NCBI GenBank assembly: GCA_963782915.1
Contig: CAWALK010000012.1
Span: forward strand, 389,169-453,168
From: an uncultured archaeon
Lineage (GTDB): Archaea; Thermoproteota; Bathyarchaeia; Bathyarchaeales; Bathycorpusculaceae
DNA: 64,000 nt
Direction: 5' to 3'
The translations under genes and the position numbers were made by a program. Each line of letters begins with the position of its first letter. Position 1 is the first letter of the stretch. Shown piece by piece: positions 1-8,117 of the stretch. The notes beneath the pieces were generated by a model. The model saw only the letters and a list, made by a program, of their open reading frames with translations, was not told the origin of the DNA and made no database searches.

Positions 1-185
1 TAAATTTAAGATGATTATCGAAAAGATCACTACAATAAAAATAACGCCAGTTCCAGTTAATACCAATATGTGGATACTCCTTTACACCTGCAAAGACTTA
101 CAAATGACCCATTTTTCAGAAGCATAAATTGGTATATGTATCCGTGGAGATCTTCAGCCATCTTTACGCTTAAAAATAAAAATTA

Positions 186-215
186 TAGTGGCGGGCGGGG
201 AGGGATTTGAACCCT
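186..215 (-). repeat. att-like copy of the tRNA-Arg(CCU) 3' end (distal)
   Basis: 30 nt identical to 4018-4047 (tagtggcgggcggggagggatttgaaccct), covering most of the T-arm, the acceptor 3' strand and CCA. Confidence 0.9.
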
Positions 216-470
216 TGCTTAGTTGTCGATTTCACCCAAACAAACCCATGGCTCTTTCTATCCTAAAAAAATTATGGGAGAATTATTTTTTTAGCTGATT
301 AATTTATATCATATTGATATTCAAGAAAAACGTTACATTAAAGTGAGCGCAAAAATAGACGTTTTTGACTAACTCTCAACGGTGAAATACAGCTGTTAAC
401 TATTACCCTGCTTAGTAAACATGAGGAAGGACGGTGGCTCTCCAGTGCCTTAGAGTCTCTACCTGACAAT

Positions 471-1391
471 GTGAGTGAGGATTCGGTGTTGTGGGTTGAT
501 GCGCAGGATCCTTCTGATGAAGAAACAGAGACATTGAAAGAATACTTTGAGTTAGCGGATGAATTAAACTTAGAAGAAGTAACTAAAGAGGGGCAACGGT
601 CAAAAATTGAGGAAAAAGAAGACAACATTTCTTGTCTCGCAATTTTTCCTAATCAAAACGGTTTTGTTCCTGATGCAAAAATGGATTGGCTGCTGACTAT
701 TGTTTGTAAACGTTGGATAATTACAGTTCACAAAGGTTACTCTGATATCACCTGTGCTGTCTACAAAAAAATTAGCACCCATGGTTACTTCGCGCTTTCA
801 CTCGCACCTTCTACAGACATACTTCTATACATTTTTTTGGATTTGATTACTAACCAATACTTTTTGGTCTCTGACTTGGTACATGAGAGGCTGCAAACTC
901 TGGGGAAAGAAGCGGGAAGACTCTTCCGGGAAAAGCCAAAACAGGTGAGCACTAACTTTGGCTTAGAAATCGCCAAATCAAGAGACGAAGTGTTAGCCTT
1001 GAGGCAATCAATAGGTCCTCTTCGCGAGATCGTGGGAAGAATCACTAGAGGCGAATTTGCTGTAGTCTCAAACAACATTCTGGCACGGTTTGAAAACCTC
1101 TACGACAGAACCATTTCATTAATTGACCGAGTGGACAACCACCGTGAAGAAATAAGCGATATTGGAAACCTGCTGATCAATGTACAAACACTAACAACAA
1201 ACAACATTATCCGCTTACTCACAATAGTCTCAGCCATATTTCTTCCCCTTACTCTTATCGCCGGAATATGTGGAACCGCTTTTTCGATACCTGAAGCAAA
1301 CACCACCTTGGGTTTCTACCTTATGATAGGCTTAATGGTTGCCATATCTGTTAGTCTAATCGCCGTTTTCAGAAGCAAAGGCTGGCTTTAA
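471..1391 (+). CDS. corA: CorA-family Mg2+/Co2+ transporter
   Basis: 306 aa, LWVD..DP N-terminus, long coiled coil, two C-terminal TM helices with LPLTLIAGICGTAF (canonical GMN motif degenerate to GTA). Confidence 0.85.
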   Translation: MSEDSVLWVDAQDPSDEETETLKEYFELADELNLEEVTKEGQRSKIEEKEDNISCLAIFPNQNGFVPDAKMDWLLTIVCKRWIITVHKGYSDITCAVYKKISTHGYFALSLAPSTDILLYIFLDLITNQYFLVSDLVHERLQTLGKEAGRLFREKPKQVSTNFGLEIAKSRDEVLALRQSIGPLREIVGRITRGEFAVVSNNILARFENLYDRTISLIDRVDNHREEISDIGNLLINVQTLTTNNIIRLLTIVSAIFLPLTLIAGICGTAFSIPEANTTLGFYLMIGLMVAISVSLIAVFRSKGWL

Positions 1392-1433
1392 AAAAATTAT
1401 AAGCTTTTCTTTTTTGCAACGTTTATTTGATTG

Positions 1434-1532
1434 TCAGTGGCGGGCGGGGAGGGATTTGAACCCTCGACCCTGAGGACTTTCTTGAGAAGAAAGCCCTGCC
1501 AAAGAAACGTAAGTTGTTGTTTGGTTTTCCAT
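1434..1532 (-). pseudogene. int(N) fragment of an SSV1-type partitioned tyrosine integrase
   Basis: ATG at 1532 reads MENQTTTYVSLAGLSSQESPQGRGFKSLPARH* through the att copy, in the same frame (GRGFKSLPARH) that leads into the int(C) fragment at the tRNA; TTAAAG box ~20 nt upstream. Confidence 0.65.
1436..1470 (-). repeat. att-like copy of the tRNA-Arg(CCU) 3' end (proximal, attR of the 1436-4053 island)
   Basis: 35 nt identical to 4019-4053. Confidence 0.92.
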
Positions 1533-1842
1533 ATATTTGCTCCGTATCTTTAAGTGATACAATAGCTAACTATACAATAGCGTATCCTCATGTGATACTT
1601 TATGCAAAGAGCTATCTTTTCCGCCAAGAGAGAGGGATTTACTATCCATGTTCCTAAACAATGAATCCATAACCGATGAAACCTTTCGAATGCTTAAACT
1701 TAGAGTCAAGCGGAATTATCCAACCCTAAGCGAAGATTTTAAATTAATCACTCAAGTCACGAATAAGGAATTATTTTTATAAACTGTCTTTGCTTGTTGG
1801 AAATCACATAGGGTAGGGTATACACGGCTGTGGGGAAAAGGT

Positions 1843-3615
1843 CTAAGGGGTTATTGGCAACTCTATTTTGAAGGTTGTTCCTTTGCCTTCTTGGGTATCG
1901 AAAGTTATTGTTCCACCCAATTGCTCAACGAACTTCTTTACGACTGGTAACCCAAATCCTTGACCTTTTGATTTTGTGGTAAACAAGGGCGTGAATATCC
2001 TATCTTGAATTTCCTTTGGAATTCCATTACCCGTATCGCTAACAGAAATCTCAACTAATCGCTTGTTCTGCTTTACATTGAGTGTTAGCTTGCCACCATT
2101 TGGCATTGCTTGAATTGCATTAGTGCTTAGATTTGTTATTATGCGTCTGAGGTAGTCATGGTCGCTCTTCAGTTGAGGATTGCCTTGCACAGTACATTTT
2201 GCTACAATATTGCTTGGGATTGTTAATGCTGAAAAGGTGCTATCTATTAGGTCTTTTATGTTTACGTCATGTGAAGTCGGCTTAGTATTTCTTGCATAGT
2301 CTTGTAAATCCGCAACTATCTTGTTGATATAGTCAACTTGCTCTTGAATGAAAGTTATGCTTTCAAGCGTTTCCTGTTTAACTTCCCCGTCTGGAAGATT
2401 AGAAATGTTCTCTTTTTCCAAATAAAGTTCACTAACAATAGCCTGTAGCGGATTACGAATATCATGACCCACCATACCAGCCGTAGCACCAATAGCAGCC
2501 AAACGCTCTTTATCCAGAAGCTGTTGCTCCAACATCTTTTTCGCAGTTATATCCCTGAAAAGAATGCCTACTTGACCTTTAGAATACGGAAAGAAGTAGG
2601 AGTCATACCACTTGGAGGAGTATTTGTTATACGCTTCATTGTGAACTGGTTTTCCTGTTTTGGCAACGTCACCGCTTAATAGTACTATTTCTGGCTCAAG
2701 CTCAGGGGTGACCTCGCTTGCCAATTTTCCTAAAACATCAACTGCTTTAGCTCCCGTTTGACGCTCATAAGCGGAATTAAGCTCCAGAAATCGAAAATCA
2801 CAGCCTTTACCATTCTTATCTAAAATTGGCTCAAGCAGCATAAAGCCATCTTCACTATTATCAAACAATGTATGATACAGCTTTTCGCTATCCCTAAGTG
2901 CCTCTACTGCTTTCTTGCGTTCAGTTATATCTCGATGGATAGCAACGATTAGTTTCTTGTTTTCCCACTCAACAATACTGGCATGAATCTCTACAGGTAT
3001 CAAAGATTTGTCTTTACGCACATGAAACGCTTCAAAAAATGCACTACCTTGTTCAACCAATTGTTTAAATCTGGATTTAAGAAGGTCGGCTGATTCAGAT
3101 GCATTTAAATCATTAACCTTCAGTTTAGCCATTTCTTCTCTACTATACCCACGCATCTTGCAAGCGGCATCATTAAATCTGATAATGTTTCCATCTAAAT
3201 CTGCAACAACTATTGAATCAGAGGATAAATCAAAAATAGTCGAACCCAATTTAGCGGCTTCTTCGGTTTTTTTCCGTTCAGTAATATCTTTTCCATGAAC
3301 TGTTATTCCTAGAGCAGAGGGTGATACTGTAAACTCTCTTATGCTTGGTTTGGCGTAGATAGTTTTCCATTCAAAAACTTGGGGTATTTTTTTCTCCATT
3401 ACCTGATTATAAATCTTCTCTAGTTCAGTTCCGACAAAACGTGGAAACATTTGCCAAAAATTCTTACCGATGAGGTCACATTGACTAAACCCAAAATCAT
3501 CAGCAGTTCTTTTACTTATGTAAAGAATATTCCAATTTCTATCGAAGGAGCTAATGTATTCATCTATACTGTCTAAAATTTCGTTACAGTCAACTTTTTT
3601 GTTAGTTGGCATCAA
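1843..3615 (-). CDS. PAS-domain sensor histidine kinase
   Basis: Three PAS/PAC repeats (DITERKK), H-box GHDIRNPL, N-box NLSTNAIQA, G-boxes DTGNG and GQGFGL. Confidence 0.95.
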   Translation of the reverse strand: MMPTNKKVDCNEILDSIDEYISSFDRNWNILYISKRTADDFGFSQCDLIGKNFWQMFPRFVGTELEKIYNQVMEKKIPQVFEWKTIYAKPSIREFTVSPSALGITVHGKDITERKKTEEAAKLGSTIFDLSSDSIVVADLDGNIIRFNDAACKMRGYSREEMAKLKVNDLNASESADLLKSRFKQLVEQGSAFFEAFHVRKDKSLIPVEIHASIVEWENKKLIVAIHRDITERKKAVEALRDSEKLYHTLFDNSEDGFMLLEPILDKNGKGCDFRFLELNSAYERQTGAKAVDVLGKLASEVTPELEPEIVLLSGDVAKTGKPVHNEAYNKYSSKWYDSYFFPYSKGQVGILFRDITAKKMLEQQLLDKERLAAIGATAGMVGHDIRNPLQAIVSELYLEKENISNLPDGEVKQETLESITFIQEQVDYINKIVADLQDYARNTKPTSHDVNIKDLIDSTFSALTIPSNIVAKCTVQGNPQLKSDHDYLRRIITNLSTNAIQAMPNGGKLTLNVKQNKRLVEISVSDTGNGIPKEIQDRIFTPLFTTKSKGQGFGLPVVKKFVEQLGGTITFDTQEGKGTTFKIELPITP

Positions 3616-3683
3616 TTAATAATCGATGTCTTTTCTTTATAAGACTAATTGTTCGTGGAACAAAGATAAGTTGACATCTTGAT

Positions 3684-4016
3684 CTAGGTATCGGCTATTA
3701 AGGCATCTAACTCGCTTTCAAGCGGTAAGAATATGGGAACGTCATCTCTGGTGAATCTAGGTTTAATCCATGTCAAGCCTTTGAACTGGACATAATAATC
3801 ATAGGCATTGGTCAGTAATTCTTTTCTTGTTTCAGAAACGTTGTAGGTACAAATTAGTGTCTTAATTCTATCTGGACTATTGATATCTCCAAGCTTCATT
3901 AAAACCTTCAAACGTTTGCAATATGAGTGGGCTGTAACTTCTCTCACATGTAATAGAAGGATCTTTTGAAATTCTTCAATGTTAATTCCTTTTAATTCAA
4001 ACGGTAGTGGGTTCAA
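3684..4016 (-). pseudogene. int(C) fragment of a tyrosine recombinase, truncated before the catalytic domain
   Basis: Starts immediately after the tRNA CCA, in frame with GFKSLPARH; WIKPRF...PIFLPLESELDALIA resembles the core-binding/catalytic linker of archaeal integrases; TAG follows and no R-K-H-R-H-Y motifs are present. Confidence 0.7.
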
Positions 4017-4020
4017 GTAG

Positions 4021-4124
4021 TGGCGGGCGGGGAGGGATTTGAACCCTCGACCCCCAACTTAGGAGGCTGGTGCTCTATCCGTACTGAGCTTCGAGGAAGC
4101 GCCGTTTGGCGTTCTTACTCGCCC
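4021..4124 (-). tRNA. tRNA-Arg(CCU) with 26-nt BHB intron at position 9/10 (intron 4090-4115), CCA encoded
   Basis: Spliced sequence GGGCGAGUA^GCUCAGUACGGAUAGAGCACCAGCCUCCUAAGUUGGGGGUCGAGGGUUCAAAUCCCUCCCCGCCCGCCA folds as a cloverleaf; BHB helices UGGG/CUCA, CGAG/CUCG, GAA/UUC with bulges UAA and AAG. Confidence 0.93.
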
Positions 4125-4914
4125 ACTTTTCCCGTCCAGCACCTCAGTAAGTTGGTTGGGTGTAATAACTGTAACGTTCAAGTTAGCGAGCAATTCAGAA
4201 TATTTTTCCAAATAATTGTCGGTTGTAACAACAATTGTTTTAAGGTTTAGTTTATGATAATCTGTAATCTTTTGACTTAGCTCTTTTGCCTTTTGCTCTA
4301 CATCATACCAAAATGTGCACTCAATCACTATCTCGCCAAGTATGAAGTCAGGGAAATAAAATCTATTACCGCATTTCAACTGGTGTTCATATTCGAAAGT
4401 GCGACTTTGCTTGGCAAGGATTTTTGCAACCTCTAACTCTAGAACGTTTCGATATTTTTGCCCATTGAATTCATGTTTGTATTTCAATGACTGCTTTATC
4501 CTTTCGTACTGGATTTTACTGTATTCCTCAGCATGCTCCTTTTTCATTCTAACATGCCAATTTCGGGTACCAGTTTTCCCTCCTTTAGATTTCCAAGAAC
4601 TGCTTTGTTGCGTATACGCTTGATCGAAGAAACCATGCATAAGTCGTTTTGTGCTTAAGCCACCGACCTTTTGGCCCCATGTGTCCTCTTTTTAGTTCTA
4701 TGATATACTGTTTAAAAGACTTCTGCTCAGGGCAGACTACAATAATTCTGTCAAAGATGTCTTGCCTTATTGACCACTTCTCATCCCGCCATTCTCTGAT
4801 CGTCGTATAACTAATCCCTATTTTTTGGGCTAATCCTCTCCATGAAAGCCCCAACGCTACCTTGGTGCTAATCAGCAGTTCTTTCTGTTTGCCTTTGCTA
4901 AGCACGCATCGCAT
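4059..4914 (-). CDS. XRE-type HTH + PD-(D/E)XK (T7 endonuclease I-like) nuclease, putative homing endonuclease; one frameshift near 4690
   Basis: ORFs 4585-4914 (LSWRGLAQKIGISYTTIREW) and 4059-4640 join by removing one base of an A5 run (..ELKEDTWGQKVGG..); motif YRNVLELEVAKIL..FEYE..YFPDF..IEC; TTTTAAG box ~27 nt upstream of the ATG. Confidence 0.75.
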
Positions 4915-4963
4915 AGGTTGTAGTTTAGGGGATGTTTACTTAAAACTTAGGTTAGAAAAAAAA

Positions 4964-4983
4964 GTACTGAGCTACTCGCCCAC
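4964..4983 (-). repeat. Orphan intron-less 5' fragment of tRNA-Arg(CCU) (2-nt leader + nt 1-18)
   Basis: GTGGGCGAGTAGCTCAGTAC equals 4126-4081 with the intron precisely removed; followed by T8 and preceded by a TTTTTAAG box near 5031-5039. Confidence 0.9.
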
Positions 4984-5271
4984 GACAAAGCTAAGGTCAA
5001 CTTAGCTAAACAAAAACCTATCGACCAGCTCTTAAAAATTGAGCGATTGTAACCTTTCAAACGTTTGTAACCCAATACGCACATACTGCAATCGCAAAGC
5101 ATCTCATCCACATTAACAGGCAGGTGCTTGGCAACAAAAAATTAACTATCTATATGCTATTATTCGTTATTCCCTATTGGATTCCACCATAAAACATTTA
5201 AATTTGTGACCGTTGATTCAGAAGTATTAATAGCGTTAACACGGTAAAATCTGGCTATCGGAGAAATATAT

Positions 5272-7155
5272 TTGACCTCTAAAACCCAAACAGCAACAAT
5301 TTTTCTAGTTCTAATTATCACGGTTTCAATGCTGGCAATCATACAGCCCGCAAAAAGCCAACAACCCACCTCCTACACAGCTTATGGCCCAATAGGCACA
5401 GGACCCTACATCTACATGGGAACAGACCCTATCACTGGCGCCGTAAAGTTAGTGAAAAACGAGAACTACTGGAACAAAGATGCGCTGCAAAGTATTGGTG
5501 CATTTGGAGTTCAGGAACTTGATTTACAGTACATCCCGGGCAGCAGCGCCGCAGTTGCAGCTCTTAAAGCAGGCAACGTTTCAGTCATAAGTCCATATTA
5601 CAAACTAAGCGAGGTTACCACCCTTTCCACCTCAGGGGAAGACTATGTTAGTGCTTATGCAGGCGATGTCTTCCAGATAGACATCAATTTGCAGCATCCA
5701 GTCTTTGGAACAGGTGTAGATACACCCCTTGGCAAAGCTAACGCTTCCCGAGCTGCAGAAGCCGCACTTTACGTTCGCCAAGCTATAAGCCACCTCATTC
5801 CAAGGCAAGAAATCGTTGACAACGTATTTGACGGCATCGCTATGCCCGGAACCGTATCTGGTCTATGCCCTCTCACCACCGGATTCGATTCAACAATTCA
5901 GCCCTACTCCTACAATATCACTTTAGCAAAGCAGCTCCTCACAAAAGCCGGATACGACACAACATCAAATACAGCCAATCTATTCCACATAACCTTACTA
6001 GTTGGATCCAACATCGAAGCAACAAAAGCTACAGCTCTTTTAGTAGAGGCTAACTTGAATGCAGCAGGCATAAAAGCAGATATAGTCACTATGGATTTTG
6101 CTGGCATCATTAACCGACTATACCCTGAATCAATGGATATGCTGGGCAAAAGCTATGACCAAGGCGGCTTTGATGCCGCTTTCATAACATATGGCTATGG
6201 CGAAAATAGTACGCCCTATGACAAGTATGATAGCAGCCAATTTCCACCTACAGGCGAAAACGATAACCTTTGGAACAACACCCAAAGCGATAGCCTATGC
6301 AGTTTAATTAAGCAAACCACAAACGAAACCCAACGCCTCGCATACCTGAAGCAATGGCAACAATTATTCTACAACGAACAGCCAACTATCGTTATTGCCT
6401 ACCTTAAGGAAGCTGTTGCTTTTGATCCTCAAACCTTAGAGAAGGCACCTTTTGAAACTTACTTCCCATATATGTGGCCGGGCGCTGAAAACTGGGTGCT
6501 AAAACAGCCAACTTTGCAAGCTAAAATAGTCATGGCTGTACCGCAGCATCTCCCCGTAACGGGATATATTTTCTACTTAGGTGGATCTTCCTATGATTAT
6601 GAAGTGATTGCTGAAATTTTTGAGAGCCTAGCAACACAAAATAGTAGCAGTTTGTTTATCCCCGCTTTGGCAACTAGTTGGGAGGCTTCTGCTGACCAAA
6701 CAATTTGGACATTGCATTTACGGCAAAACGTAACTTGGCAAGACGGCGAAAAATTCAGTGCAAAAGACGTAAAATTCACCTATGACAGCGTAATGAACGA
6801 TGTAGGGCTTACAAGTACTCTAGGTTCAGCCGATAACATCCAAGTAGTTGATGAGTACACTGTGAAGTTTACTCTACCTGTTGCGGACCCAAATTTTGTC
6901 AGTGATGTCTTATTTTATCCAATTTTGCCTGCGCATATTCTTCAAAGCGTAGCATACGATGATTGGGCAACACATCCGTTCAATACTGCAGCTAACACTT
7001 ACACAGTAACTTTAAATCAAGCCGCAACTGCAACCACAAATGGCTTCTTCGACCAATACAGCATCTACATCGCAGCCCTCGTAATTGCAATAGTAATAAT
7101 CGCTACCGCTCTAGTCATTCGACAACGCCGCAAACCTAAAACAAAAAATATCTGA
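5272..7155 (+). CDS. Family 5 (peptide/nickel) ABC substrate-binding protein, circularly permuted, with C-terminal TM anchor
   Basis: Signal peptide; PIGTGPY..KNENYW at the N-terminus; IFESL..PALATSWE..LRQNVTWQDGEKFSAKDVKFT..DEYTVKFTL near the C-terminus; TM helix + basic tail. Confidence 0.85.
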   Translation: MTSKTQTATIFLVLIITVSMLAIIQPAKSQQPTSYTAYGPIGTGPYIYMGTDPITGAVKLVKNENYWNKDALQSIGAFGVQELDLQYIPGSSAAVAALKAGNVSVISPYYKLSEVTTLSTSGEDYVSAYAGDVFQIDINLQHPVFGTGVDTPLGKANASRAAEAALYVRQAISHLIPRQEIVDNVFDGIAMPGTVSGLCPLTTGFDSTIQPYSYNITLAKQLLTKAGYDTTSNTANLFHITLLVGSNIEATKATALLVEANLNAAGIKADIVTMDFAGIINRLYPESMDMLGKSYDQGGFDAAFITYGYGENSTPYDKYDSSQFPPTGENDNLWNNTQSDSLCSLIKQTTNETQRLAYLKQWQQLFYNEQPTIVIAYLKEAVAFDPQTLEKAPFETYFPYMWPGAENWVLKQPTLQAKIVMAVPQHLPVTGYIFYLGGSSYDYEVIAEIFESLATQNSSSLFIPALATSWEASADQTIWTLHLRQNVTWQDGEKFSAKDVKFTYDSVMNDVGLTSTLGSADNIQVVDEYTVKFTLPVADPNFVSDVLFYPILPAHILQSVAYDDWATHPFNTAANTYTVTLNQAATATTNGFFDQYSIYIAALVIAIVIIATALVIRQRRKPKTKNI

Positions 7156-7390
7156 TTGAGTAAACAACCGTTTACTCCTTCTTTTTTCAACCCATAATTA
7201 TTGCATTAAAAATAAGCGATAAATAACGGTTTTTTCTGATTTTAAAGTGATGCCTGCTGTTGTGTATAGAGGTTTCTTGCCAACAACTAATAGAAAAGAC
7301 ACGGTGGGATTGACGGTGGGACTTTAACCCCTGAAGGTTTCTGTAAGAGGTTTTTCTCTTTTAGAGTATTAACAACCACTCTTAGAAACA

Positions 7391-7436
7391 AAAAATACTG
7401 AAAGGGTTTGCCAGGGATAAACCCTCAGTATTTTTG
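7391..7436 (-). terminator. Long inverted repeat/T-tract immediately downstream of tRNA-Leu
   Basis: aaaaatactga(a)agggttt ... aaaccctcagtattttt hairpin. Confidence 0.5.
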
Positions 7437-7443
7437 AACATAG

Positions 7444-7569
7444 TGGTGCCGGGGGTGGGACTTGAACCCACGAAGGCCTGCGCCAGAGGATCTTAAGTCC
7501 TCCTCCATATCTTAGGGGCAAATTGTTTTTATCTGGCCACCTATTTAGACCTGGCTCGGATACCCCGGC
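7444..7569 (-). tRNA. tRNA-Leu(UAA) with 38-nt intron at position 22/23 (intron 7507-7544), CCA encoded
   Basis: Spliced GCCGGGGUAUCCGAGCCAGGUCUAA^GGAGGAGGACUUAAGAUCCUC + long variable arm + GUGGGUUCAAGUCCCACCCCCGGCACCA; relaxed BHB GUCU/AGAU, bulge AAA, UAGG/CCUA. Confidence 0.92.
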
Positions 7570-7677
7570 ACCAGCACCGATAAAGTTCAGCATGGTTCTG
7601 TTTAAGTTTTCCGATTGTACTGTGGAGTCTGGTTGTTGCCAACATAGAATTATATTTGATTCTTGAGCGTATTTGTT

Positions 7678-7829
7678 TGCAGGTTGGGGAACACGCTCCA
7701 CTAAGGCATCTGTACAAACCATGAGTAACTATTGAAGAACCCAACCAAGACAAGAATGTCAAGGAAAGGTCTTGGTAAGCACTTATGGTCGTGTATGTGC
7801 TAAGAAGTGGGGTTTAGACTCAACCTGTA
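7678..7829 (+). ncRNA. Candidate structured ncRNA, copy 1 (unknown family)
   Basis: TTATAT box at 7650-7655; rod-like fold with helices CAGGUUGGG/CUCAACCUG, GCUCCACU/AGUGGGGU, ACCAUGAGU/ACUUAUGGU, ACCAAGAC/GUCUUGGU; T-rich downstream. Confidence 0.6.
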
Positions 7830-7970
7830 ACTACTTTTAACTTTAGATTTGACCATAATTTTTTAAAGTTTAATATGCCCTTGGCTGCTTTTCCCTTGCC
7901 ACGGCTTTGTTTTGTTGCTAGCGCGTTGTAGTCACACACTATTATATCAGATGGAAAGAAAGGTGTATTT

Positions 7971-8117
7971 GCCGGTTGAGGAACACGCTTCACGGTGACA
8001 TGGGATCAGTCCTTGGTAACTGCTAAAGACCGACTCTGAGATAACATCAAGGAAATGCGGCTTTGTCAAGTGCTAAAGATGGTCAGTGATTGCTGTGGGG
8101 TTTAGACTCAACTCGGC
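7971..8117 (+). ncRNA. Candidate structured ncRNA, copy 2 (paralog of 7678-7829)
   Basis: TTATAT box at 7942-7947; GCCGGUUGAG/CUCAAC(U)CGGC closing stem; shares GGAACACGCU, GUAACU, UCAAGGAAA and an identical 18-mer gtggggtttagactcaac with copy 1. Confidence 0.6.

Larger units (their letters stand above)
1436..4053. mobile_element. Degenerate tRNA-integrated element (split integrase + sensor kinase cargo)
   Basis: Bounded by 35-nt direct repeats of the tRNA 3' end, with integrase fragments at both boundaries. Confidence 0.75.

Noticed and set aside
186-4053. Three ~30-nt repeats as a CRISPR array
   Set aside because: They are tRNA 3'-end copies separated by 1.2-2.6 kb; no cas genes or regular spacers are present.
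4964-4983. Classical trans-spliced split tRNA 5' half
   Set aside because: There is no long GC-rich complementary leader/trailer, and the downstream gene already has a complete 5' exon.
7678-8117. 5S rRNA, SRP RNA, RNase P RNA or C/D-box sRNA identity for the repeated RNAs
   Set aside because: Diagnostic motifs are missing (5S CCGAAC loop, SRP helix 8, RNase P P2/P3 context, CUGA box D), and the box-C-like UGAGGA is sequestered in the closing stem.
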